Assembly (NCBI GenBank): GCA_002269645.1
Contig: NIVC01002553.1
Location: 1-64,000 of the forward strand
Direction of reading: 5' to 3'
Length of the DNA: 64,000 nucleotides
Source of the DNA: Macrostomum lignano
Taxonomy: Eukaryota
This document shows positions 26,896-39,100 of the stretch, piece after piece; position 1 is the first letter of the stretch, and every line of letters starts with the position of its first letter. A program made the translations under genes and the position numbers. The notes under the pieces are model-generated. The model was not told the origin of the DNA. It ran no database searches and was given only the letters and a program-made list of their open reading frames with translations.

Positions 26896-29800
26896 ACGTC
26901 TATTTTTCCGTGGAACACCTCTAACCCTCAGTCAATGGACACATCTAAAAAGTGTCCAATGTATCTAAAAATAAATCAGTAAGTATTATATTCAAATTTC
27001 CCGTCCCTAGTTTTTTTATTTCTATTTTTATTTAACGACACGAAAGCTGTAAGTTCTTGCTCGGATGTGGACACTTTTTGCTATTTGGGCTGAATTTTAA
27101 CTCTCAGAGGATGCTACAGAAAACACATGGGTTGAAAAAGACAGAGATCGGCTGAAATGAGGACAATGACAGTTGCAGTGTTCACGTCAGGCTAAAATGC
27201 GACGTGAATAGAAAGTGTAAAAATGTTTGCTTTGTATTTCTTACGCCAGCAAAATTAGTCGATGAAGCAAAAGAGGGGCCAGGCGCGGTGCTCGGCTTTA
27301 CTTTATCGGTTTTCGTTCCAACCCAACACCATCCATTGTTTAATCTCCGGTAGTTCGAGTTTAAACGTAGATGGGATTAGTATTTTATTAATCTGTTCCC
27401 TGGTCGCGTCTTCTATTCTCGTGTACTTTTTGCGTTGCATTGCTGTAACTGAACTGTTGCATTTCTTGCACTATAACAGCAGAAGCCGGCCGCATCAATT
27501 TGATGCATTTTTAGCCAACTGAAAACTTCAACCGATGGCAAAGATTTCTGCAAAAATAAGGCGCATGGCTTCTTTTTTCTTGTACTTTTCTCTATTTAGC
27601 GCATTGTGACTGGGGTGACGCAAGTCTCCCCATCTGGTTATTGGAATTTCTATGTCTGCGTATATTGGACTGCAAATCGCCGTGACTGAATCAAAGGGGA
27701 AGAGAAATTAATACGGCACGAAGAATTATGAGAGGGGTCGGAATTAATGGATGCATGCAGACTGTTCAATCAGATGCCGATGCGTGAGCCAAGCTGGTTC
27801 CAATATTGGGCTGGGGCCAAGGAGACCCGGACCTAGACCACCCAGAGATGAGATCCAGACTTCAGGCATCACTTGGCTAACTGAAGTTATCAGAGCATGT
27901 TAGTTTAGTTGGACCAAATTTTGTTCATGATCTCATTTTAAAGCTGAATAAACGGTTCAACGTCTCCCTGGCCTTAGCTGGGCTAAGATCCGGGATGTGA
28001 ATATCATAGCTTAAGATTGCAACTGCGAGCCCCACCCCCCAGTGGGACGCAATAAAAAGTGACCCGCGATGATGGTAGAGAATATTTGGCTTCCTTACTG
28101 GTTCTCGCGTTCGAGACTTGCACAGATAAATAATTCATTTCGCTTAGACTGCTCAGACAGGATTTTCTTAGCCAAATTTACATCTCAAAGAGAAATACAT
28201 GCAGCGATCTCTGAGAAGATGCCTCTGACAAGCAAGGAGCCGGACAGCGAAAATTAATATTCCGCGGAATGACCCTGGAAACCAAAACAGCAGCCCACTA
28301 TTCTCAGCGCTACTCTTTGCCTGCCCTGTACAGTGTTACAGCGCGTAATTCATATTTGAAAGCTGTGAATTCACGCCCTTATAGTCAATACAACAGCTGC
28401 AAACCGGTAGTGGCTGAGGGCAGTCATTATTGAGAATAATGGGTGGGGGGAACTGAAATTTTGTTACTTATCGATTTTCATCGCCAGCCGCTCTGTAGTC
28501 AGAAAGTCATGCAGCTGCGCGGCGGGCTGTCAGTAAGCTGTCAGCCATGTCAGCACTATACTATTCAGAAGCTTGTCACGCCCCGCAGGCTCGCTTCTCA
28601 ACGCCCGACATGCCACAGCTTACTGACTCACTGCCGGCTTTAATAGTCAACGGCCCACATGAGGATGCAAGCTCTCCAGTACTCTCTCCCACTGAGTCGG
28701 TATTTTTTAATAAGTTTTTTGTGCTGTATTTATTAACTTTTTTATTTATACTTATAGCTAGCTATTTTTGTTCCCCCCCACCAAGAAAATTGCAATATTC
28801 CGAGAGTTGCAAGCATGCCTGACAGGTTTTAGTAGTCCTTGACCAGCTTTTGATGCAAACCAGCTTTTGCTTCAACCCGCGAACAATAATGCAATTGGAT
28901 CTAGAAAAAATCTACACACGAACGATTAGAAACGAATGTGAAGCATAAAATGCGGGCTACTTATTCGTTAGTAGCATTTGCTTCTAATAACTAATAACTG
29001 TGGTATTCAGAAGACCCGATCGTGGCCGTTAATTGAAAGAAAATAAGTGCAGGTAAAGAATAAATAGTATCTTAGTTCAAGCATATTCCTAAGCTGACAG
29101 CTTTTGAGCTAGCAATACTTTTGAAGCCTAGTGCTCTTGATCCACAACGGGAATAATAGGATCAATACTTAGTTATATTCCTTCATCATTTGCCCCATCG
29201 ATATTCTGTTGTTTCTCGTATACGAGTTCAACATGTCCCCACAGGTGTGCCGATTGGCATGGCAACTGAAATTAATTGCAATGATTTTTCTTACTCCAAT
29301 TGAATATGAAGATTGTTTCTATTGATTGGGTTGCTGTGTTCTAAAAGGTCATGGAATTATCTAGGCTTCTTTTTTTCTATTCTCAGCTAGGCGGCATTGT
29401 AAAGAGACAGCAGCCGTCCTATCCAGCCCTGAGCCCATGCAGTTAAATTTAACTCTTCATCACTTTATATTGCCAAGCATTAATTCGAATTGTACTTTTA
29501 CCTTTTAGAGCGTGTAGGATGACAAAACCTAGAGATGCATGGAGCTTGAGGCTTTTTAACGCGATGCTCTTGTAATAATGCTCCGAATTGTAAGTTTAGC
29601 AAACACCTGAATAATGAATGCATCGCGCATGAGTTTAAGAGGCGGTATAAGAAAATTCTCAACACCAATTCTTCGGGCCACTTGTTCACATTAATTTTTC
29701 TTGGCGCCAATGCTATTCTTGGCGACGCGCACACGGTAAGCTTTCAAGCTTATACAATGAAATCAGTGAGAATAAAAGGGGTAATCGAGAAGCGCGAACA

Positions 29801-30004
29801 GACTGGAAACTGGAACTTGTTACGAAATAACTAACAAAGCTGACCAGAACTATTGCTCTATGCACTGCGCCCCGCGGCAATTCCATGCTTCAAAATAACT
29901 TCTACCGACCTTACCAGAAGATTGTTAAAAAGACAGAAAAATGCTAGACTGTAAAGTTTGAAACTAGTGCCAGCACGAATCAGCGCATACTCTCGACAAT
30001 AGCT

Positions 30005-31826
30005 ATGTCTCAGCAGCAGCAGGAGGAGGACAAGTACGTGAAAATGTCCGAGGAAGGCGAGGAACATGAAGTTCCAACGCTGACTAGAGGCGAATACATC
30101 TTTGTGAAGTTTGTCCGGCCGGGTCTGGCCAAATTTTTCGGCATGCTACTGTTCGTATTCGTGGACATCATGGCTGTGTATTCCACGCAGAAGATCACTG
30201 GAATAGCGATTGCTCACGGCTTCGGCTTGTTTGTATTGGTGACCGTCATGGCACCCATCAGGTAAATGCTACCGAATTGGCACTTTGGAACTCGTTTCTG
30301 GGTTTTTAGTGAGACTTAGTGGGCGTCACTTTCTGTAGGCAGGAGTCAGGGAGGCGCATGGTCAAAGAATATTTGTTCAATATTTCATTTCAGCGGCGGC
30401 CACCTGAATCCGGCTGTGTCGCTGCGCGTCTTCGTCGCTGGAAAGAGGACATGGCCGTTGCTGATTTTGTATCCGATTGCCCAGTTGCTCGGTGCTCTGG
30501 TTGGCTCCCTGCTAGCCATGGTGGGTGCATGGCTTCCGAGTCCACGATTTTGCCTGCCGGCAGGCATTCCAAATTTCTCCCGTTGACAATCGCATTCGTT
30601 TGCCTATCTCGCAGGTCTTCAGGATCGGAGTGCCGGAGAGCAAGAGTCCGATGAGCCTGTCAACAGAAACCACCGGGAGCACGAGAATTTCCCGCAGGAA
30701 GTTTTCCCGCCGGGGTTTTCCCGCAGGGTTTTTACAGTCGGAATTTCAAGTCAAATCCAGTCTATAGACAATGCTGGACTAGATTAGAACTAGCCTAGAC
30801 TAGACTAGTCATTAACTAGACTAGATTAAAAACTAGACTAGATTAGAACTAGACTAGATTAAAAACTAGACTAGATTAAAAACTAGACTAGATTAGAACT
30901 GGACTAGATTAAAAACTAGACTAGATTAAAAACTAGACTAGATTAAAACTAGACTAGATTAGAACTAGACTAAACTAGATTTCAAATCCGATTACATTTG
31001 ATTTGAAATTCCGACAGGAAAAGCCCTGCGGGCAAACCTCGGCACGAAAACTTCCTGTGGGAAATTCTCATAGACCCAAACCACCCGCTTGGCTGAGCAC
31101 TTCCCCATCGAAGGTCTGGATGCCGGACGGGCCATACTGGGAGAAGCAACCATCACTTTCATGCTCTTTCTATAGTGGTTCTGATGACCACGGATCAGAA
31201 GAACAAGACCGGATTCGCTCCGCTGGCCATTGGCATTGCCGTGCTCTGTGGAGTTCTCTGCAGGTCAGGGTCGCTGAGTGTTAACTTTTTTGAGAAGCTC
31301 TGTGTTTATTTAGGCAATCGTGGGATGTCAACTACTCTACTTTTCCAAGTGACTTTTTAAGTCTATCAAGGGTATTAACTCTATGGTTCTAAACAGATGG
31401 AGCCAACCTCCCTCAACGGTGGTTCAGAAACCTATCGAGTCACTCTTAAATCGTTGCCAACCCGTCCCGTGCAATCACACAGTGGCCACGTGACTGGCGG
31501 CGGCTCAATCAACCCGGTTCGCTCGTTTGGCCCGGTCATTTCAGCTCTGATGATCGGGAACTTCAAGCCAGCCGAGAATCTCTACATTTACTTTTTTGGC
31601 CCCCTGGTTGGCGGGGCCCTGGCCGGCGTTGTATACAAGTAAGTCACGCGTCAATTGGCAATGGCGCAACCAGCACTCATCTACTTACTATAAGTAGCCA
31701 CAAAGTACATTTAACAATCAAAAAGAAAACAAAAAATACTGAATTAAAAAGCCGACAATTATCCTTTTCAGAATACTAGCGCCGATTCTCGTTGGGTACA
31801 AGGACTACTTAAGTTTAACGAAGTGA
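30005..31826 (+). pseudogene. Aquaporin (MIP family, AQP8/TIP-like), disrupted as written
   Basis: Exons: 30005-30261; 30394-30520 (GGHLNPAVS); 30615-30679 plus ~31074-31263 (split by an insertion, and frameshifted at ~31173); 31483-31638 (GGSINPVRSFGP); 31772-31826. The flanking introns are GT-AG with consistent phases. It could be a functional gene with an assembly error plus rescue by splicing. Confidence 0.75.
30680..31072. mobile_element. MITE with ~75-bp TIRs inserted in aquaporin coding sequence
   Basis: 30683-30757 is the imperfect reverse complement of ~31000-31069. The core is a tandem of actagactagattaaaa. Left terminus CACGAGAA; possible 3-bp TSD GAG/GAC. Confidence 0.8.
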
Positions 31827-32796
31827 CTTCAGTGGTCTTTGGTTGGGTAATGAAGAAAACGGATTGAGACCGATCGACGAGTGAAGAAGTCTGTTTTTGG
31901 GACTTTGTTTGCAACCATTCACTCGCTAACAGCTATTATTATGGTGTTAAAGCTACACAGCCATTAAGTAGCGTTGAAAAAGTTCTTATTTTTATTACGA
32001 GCTAGAGTGATTTGAATTTTAACTTGAAAACTTCTAGCTCACATTATATTTAACAGACGTGTTAGTGAGCTGAAGAAAGTATAACATTTTAATTCTTGTG
32101 ACACTCTTGTGCTCTGATCTCTAGCGTGATTGAATAGTTTTTTGTTAGGCTCTGTGCACTCTTTGAACATTTTGCTTATGATGAAAGTAGCAGGAAACCG
32201 TGTAATGAAATAGGGGACAGCGGTTGGTGATCTGGTGTAGCGGTAGCACTCCGTGAGTGTCCTCTGTTGAGAGTAGGACCTCGGGATTAGACCAGTATTA
32301 GGTCAACTTCTCCGTTAGTCGACCTATCTACTCATTTTCAATCTTCTATTCATCTACCGCGAGTCCGTCTTATTCATTGCTGAGATTTGCTTGCCAAATT
32401 GCGTTGAATCACTCGTATTAAGCGTTTAATTTACAAGTCAATTATCTGAATCCTGTGTATCGAGAATCAAGTAAACGAATTCAAGACCTATTATTAGTTA
32501 GCCCCCGTTATTATCAAAATCAAATGATCACTCAATCTAAATCAATCTGGACTTGTCTTATCCGTGTCATTCATTTACTTGTACCGTACCTGCGACTATT
32601 GGAGAAAGTTTGGTAGGACTCAATAATTTTAAACTCTCCGATTGCTCCAGTAGGTTTGTCTAGGTCCTAAACTATTTGCCGTATCGTAAATATTACAGGG
32701 ACAATGTAGCAAAAGATCAAGCCGTCTTTTCCGTAGATGAGGACGTCTATGGCCAAGAGACCATTGATTTATTGCAAAGTCAGCGAGGGGCAAAAA

Positions 32797-33444
32797 CTGA
32801 CTGACTGACTGACTGACTGACTGACTGACTGACTGACTGACTGACTGACTGACTGACTGACTGACTGACTGACTGACTGACTGACTGACTGACTGACTGA
32901 CTGACTGACTGACTGACTGACTGACTGACTGACTGACTGACTGACTGACTGACTGACTGACTGACTGACTGACTGACTGACTGACTGACTGACTGACTGA
33001 CTGACTGACTGACTGACTGACTGACTGACTGACTGACTGACTGACTGACTGACTGACTGACTGACTGACTGACTGACTGACTGACTGACTGACTGACTGA
33101 CTGACTGACTGACTGACTGACTGACTGACTGACTGACTGACTGACTGACTGACTGACTGACTGACTGACTGACTGACTGACTGACTGACTGACTGACTGA
33201 CTGACTGACTGACTGACTGACTGACTGACTGACTGACTGACTGACTGACTGACTGACTGACTGACTGACTGACTGACTGACTGACTGACTGACTGACTGA
33301 CTGACTGACTGACTGACTGACTGACTGACTGACTGACTGACTGACTGACTGACTGACTGACTGACTGACTGACTGACTGACTGACTGACTGACTGACTGA
33401 CTGACTGACTGACTGACTGACTGACTGACTGACTGACTGACTGA
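32797..33444. repeat. (CTGA)n microsatellite, ~160 units
   Basis: Read directly. Confidence 0.99.
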
Positions 33445-33457
33445 CCTCCGAAAAAAG

Positions 33458-33556
33458 GGTGTGCGTGGTGACCCCCAGTCCTTGGACTGAACAGCCGTAC
33501 GCAGCCTTCAGATGCGCCGCGCAGTAGCTGCGGCTGAGCTGTCGGTTGCACATCTG
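33458..33556 (-). repeat. Interspersed repeat, copy 2, abutting the (TCAG)n tract
   Basis: Reverse-complement match to 17783-17888. Confidence 0.7.
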
Positions 33557-36132
33557 CTTATCTGCTATGCATTCATACGTAGCATAATCACTAGGTTCAG
33601 CGCTCTTCTCTGCCAATTAAGTCAGTGACGACTTTGAAGTCCAGACTCCGAAAAGAGGTTTGCTGGTCATAATTGTTTGCTGCTACTACGGCCCGTATTA
33701 ACAATATTTTTTTCCATTTTTGTTTTTGCCACAATCGTGGTAGCAAGTTACCGCGGGACTCAGTTTGCCCAACAGTTCCTAAAAAATGGAGCTACCATAG
33801 ACAACATAGGGAATACAAAATTCAGAGTTTTGCTAATCCCGGGATTTTCCTTCCGGATCGGGGTATCTTTGTTCTAATCATTGTTGGTACAATTTAGGTT
33901 TACGAAGCCATCTAACCTGATTTAAAAGGGCTTTCAATGATGAATGCAGAACAGAATAAAAGATTTTGCAAACAAGAAACTGACAGTTTGCTTTTAACTG
34001 GGTGTACGGGCTGGCGAAATAGGTGTGCCTTTTTACATGCCAGTATCAGCTCAGGAAGATCACACTTCACTGGGGGATGACAGCTTACGAGCTATGGCCC
34101 GAGGTACTGATACCAGGGTAGAGGGGATCAGACCTCACTCTCCCAGGGGCGACCGCCCTAGATGGAGAATTGGTAGCTTGGGTTGTGGTCCGATTAGCAA
34201 GGTCCCACTGTTCTAATCCCAACCACGATCAATCGATCAAGGAGTTTTGAAGCTAAGGGACTGCATTATTACACCTTAAATCTCCTAATGATCTGCTAAC
34301 AGCATCTGTTTTGCATCCCTGCAGCCCTAGCCTTCTCACTAGCCTGCATGATTAAAAGATTAATAAATCAAACCAGGACAACTAAGTTATGATTTTCACC
34401 TGACAAGTATCTCAGCTACAGATACTGCATGCTACTCAAGAATGAATTATTGAATTATTGCAAAGCGGAACCGGGATCGGGATCCCGATGGTCGATCCCA
34501 GGATTCGAAATTCCGGACAATTGTGATCTTGGGATTTAGAATCCCGGGATTTGGGCCCGGGATTGCATTCCCTATGGACAACCATCCGCGCGGTGAGCGC
34601 GTTACTCGTTTCACTTATCTCCCTCCAGTGTCTTAAACTGTCTGTGAGAAGCTCAATCGGTCTCCGTAAGAATTCATCTGACATATTAGCTCCAAATGTT
34701 GCGGAATTAAATAGATGATGTCAGCACGATTGAGAAATACTCGTGGTGATTGTGAAGGTCTCCACTGGTGCAGCACTCCAGCACTACAGGGTCGAAATCT
34801 GTCAATTAATCAAGCAGATAGAAAAGCTCGGATCTGAGTTGACCTCAGAGAAATCTCTGACTAGCCTTCTTGCTTTTCTTTTCTTGTAAGCACGATTTAC
34901 ATGAAAACATTGTGCTACCCATGTAAACTTACACAAACACACGCTTTACCAGTGGCGCAGAGTTCTTTTACTGAGATTAGTCGTGTTATACGTTGTCAAG
35001 CAGCAGACAAGCAAACTGCGCTCAAAACAACAAAAAACAAAACAAACAGCTTTCAGCACAAAAATTGTTATTGCTTCCGATGGGATGCATGGGATGTTCA
35101 TCTTTTGATATGTGCCTTTCTCATAGCTCTATTGATATTCATAAAGCTTTTTGTTCCAAAAATTAGGATTCTGTATCAACAGTCAACAGTATCAACTGTC
35201 CGCTACCACAACCAGTCCGCTACCTTGCCATCAATACGCGGCCAGGCTCGGTTAAAGTCTTCTCGAAGCAACGTCTTGTAGAAGAAAAGGGTCCGGAAGA
35301 GTGACAACAAAAATAGTGTTAAATTCATGGGTTTTCCGGGCAAAACTACTCAGAAATTCCATAATGTAAAGCGATATTTAAAGCAAGTGCTTGTAACAAT
35401 CGTTCGTGGTGGTGAAACATGCTAAAAAAGTCTGGAAGTAAATTGTTATATGTATGTGCCCTCAAGATCGACATGGAAGGAGCATAATATCGATAGACCT
35501 ATCGATAGAGCCATAAAAATATCTATTAAAATGTACGCTGTGAAAGGTTTGAGAATTTTCTAACGATTAGACAGTCAAATTTCTTCAAAGAGAAAGAGAA
35601 AGGATCAAAGAGAATTAATTCCCTCAAATTTACGAATAAGTGGGGCAGGACTGCCAGCTAAATAGTGACGAGCTTTTTTGACCGGCAGGACTGCCGGCTA
35701 GTGACGAGCTTATTTGATCGGCAGGAGTGCCGGCTAAATAGTGGCGAGCTTATTTTACCGGTGCCAGCTGAATACTCGTAGTACAAACTTACGTCCGGTG
35801 ACCGCCGCGCCGGCCAAGCACTGCTTTATTTTAAACCGAGTTAGGCTTTATCTAAAGAGTAAAACAAAGATTATAAAATATATTATCAGAAAAAATTATT
35901 TATGCTATCAATAGGAACATCCTAGTAATTTTTTGCTATTTTTTTTCTAAATTTAGCTTTTTAAACAGTTTAAGTTAGTGGCGCTACAAGGTCAGTAAAG
36001 TTTTGTCTGAGATATTATTTACATAAGTAATTTTCAAAGTTCATCACGATCTTCTTGCTGCCGAAGTTTGTTTGGATCGAGCTCTGCTACCTTCGTTTGT
36101 TAACTCTCTTCTTGACTTAATCAAAATCTATC

Positions 36133-39100
36133 ATGGCTCAGGTATGTAGTTTTTGCGTCTCTTGTTGACACGATATGATTTTAGATGAATAAACTTAGAG
36201 AGCCTTTTCATATTGCTTGCTCTGGTTCCAGAACCAGAACCAATTTGTGAAGTATAACTTTTTGTCTCCATAACTAGAGGGAGATACGTGCTATAAAGTT
36301 TTTATTATTGAATGACAATCGCCAAGAAGAAAGTGAAAAATTGTGCTAAGTTAGGTTGTTAAGGCAGTCAAATATTAACAGAGTTTAATAGTTATACTGC
36401 TGTTTTTCTTGGAATTCCGAACCGATTCTGGTTCTGGAATTGGTAATATGAAAAGGCCCAGAGTAGGTCCTATGACTAGGCCTGCCCTAAATTTTATCTT
36501 AGTTAGGCCTAACTATCTTTAAAGCTAAGCTAATCAATGTTTATTGACTTGTTTCATTTTTTGTCAGCTATACAGTTTGTCAACACATTAGCTTTCTATA
36601 AAAATCCACATATTTGTGGGACATTTCATTACCTCTACAGAAATGAGTCATTTCGAAGGTGCCCGCGCCCTCCTTTATCTCTTTTATTTAAATTATTTCC
36701 TTTATTCTCCTTTATCTCCTTTATCTCTTTTATTTAGAAGATTTTTGGGACTCTCTCCTTTATTTTAGCCACTTTAGCTCCTAGCACTTGTACTTAATGT
36801 GTTGTTACTTTAGGGTCCTTTTAAATAATCATTTTTAAGACTATTTTCCTAGGCAAAGTTATGTAGAAAAATAGTTTATAAGTCTCAACAAAGGTTTGTA
36901 TATATTATTAGTTAATATTTGAACAAACTTTAAAGCAGCAACCCTAGATTAGCCACAATATTAGATATGTGGAACTGTGGAGCTAGAAATATACAATTTC
37001 TTCTTAGGACTGCAAATTAGCTAGAAAGATGATATGATCAAAGTAGTCAACAAATAGGCCACAGAATAAAACAACCATAAGAGTATTATGTCCCTTGAGA
37101 GTACAACTGGGAGAGTACATGAGTACAACTGGCTTTTAAAGCAAGGATTGGTAGATTTTTACCTTAAAGGCCAGATAAAGAATCCAGCTAATTGCTGCAA
37201 GGGCAGATAAAAATGGAAAGAAGAATGAATAGACAATAAGAGAAAAAAGAAGTAAGAGAAGGGATAGGAGAATAGATAAAAATATAAGAAGAGACAGGAG
37301 GGTAAGGAGAGAGAGTAGAGAAGAGGGAGGAAGGAAAAGGAGTGCAAGGACAATGGAAGGGAAAAGAGGCAAATAAAAAAGACAAGAAGAGAGAGGAGAG
37401 ATGATATGAGAGAGAGAAGATATAAAAGAAAAAAGAGAAGAGAGGAGAAAGATGAGAGAAAAGAGATTAAAAAGGAGAGATAATAGGGAAGAGAAGAGAG
37501 GAGATAGAAGGGATAGCAAAGGAAAGAGAAAAGAAGAGGGGAGAGATGAGAGAAAAGATAAGAGATCCTAGAGAGGATACAGGAAATAGTAGAAAAAAGA
37601 ATAGAGATAAGCAAGATGAGAGAGAAGAGAAAAGAATAAAGAATAGAGATAAGCAAGATGAGAGAGAAGAGAAAAGAATAAAGAATAGAGATAAGCAAGA
37701 TAAGAGAGAAGAGAAAAGAATAAAGAGGATAAGAGAATTGGAAAAATAGAAAAGAGATGAAAGGAAAGATAGAAGAGAGGAGACAAAAAAGATAGAAGTT
37801 TCAGAGGAGCCAAAAGACATAGAGATGCAGAGGCAAAAGGCCAGAGTTTGCCTATACAGGCCTTAGACAGACATTGCCTGTCATTGTTACATTACCAAAT
37901 TAAATCTCACTTTATTTTGGGGTCAGTCAAACAGTTTCCTTTATTTTACTTTCTCAAAATGTGCCAGCACCCTGCATTTTGTCTATATATTTCTTTATTA
38001 CATTGACATAGATTCCTACTTTTCTGGGCCTATAATCCTATATGTAGTAGGTGGTTGGCCTATATAAAGGAATTTTAGCAAGAGTTATTATAATTTATAG
38101 CATTGAGATAGAAGGCCTTTATGTTTAATAGATGTAATAGCAGCAAAAATTTGCTGCTTTGCACATTATGCATAGGCCTATTGGTGCATGACTAAGACCG
38201 CCACATACCAAGATTGCCATAATACTATTATTGGCTCCTAGTATTGAGGGGAGCTACTAATCTTCTAGCATTGCTATTCCTCTTATAAATTCCTCTCTTG
38301 CAGGCTTGTCCTGTTAGCTATCCAGTCCTATCCATTTATCTCTTCTTTAGCACCATTCAATAATACATTGAGCCAAATTCCTCTCTCAGCTCCTCAAGTG
38401 TGGCAGTCTTGGTCCTACACCAGCCTATTTATATTTAAAAAGCAGCACAAGATTGAGGGGCCTATGGAGGTGCAAAAAGGTAGTGTGACCATACTTAGGA
38501 TCATGTCATGTATGCTGGAAATTTCTGGCGCACATTTGGGACAGCTGGCATACACTTGGTGTACAAAATTTTTGAAAGGGTCTTCTGGCATACACCTTGG
38601 CATATATACAATTGACGCACCCTGCATCATGCTTGGGTGCAACCTAGGGATTCACTCGGCCGTTTCTATTGGCAACACACACATGTAGGTCGCTATTGGA
38701 CGGAATAGTAGTCACGTGACTGCTCTCAGCCAATAGCGACTTACATGTGTGTGTTGCTAATAGAGACGGCCGGGTGATTCCCAAAGTTGCGCATGTATGC
38801 CCTGCATGGCGCACACACATGGTACGCACTGCATGGCGCACATGCATGGCGCACACTGGCTAGAAGAGACTGCGCCACGGCTACTACGAAAGACAAATCA
38901 AAGAATGTAAAGTATGTGAAGCGTGAAATTTTGCACAAAAATTAACAATGATTGTGCAAATATATTGTAATGACAATATACAACTGTTGCTTTATTTTAA
39001 ATATTCTCTAAATCGTGTTTTATTTCTCCTTTTTATAATTTATTTTTGAAATTAAAATATAAATCTTCAAATCCTCAATTTATAATTTTTACTTGCAATT

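Noticed and set aside
32225-32300. A-box-like TGGTGTAGCGGT
   Set aside because: There is no convincing B box and no second copy in the window.
37136-37820. Leu/Ser/Phe-rich membrane-protein-like ORFs (also 51494-52534 and 59441-59720)
   Set aside because: They are translations of GA/CT low-complexity tracts.
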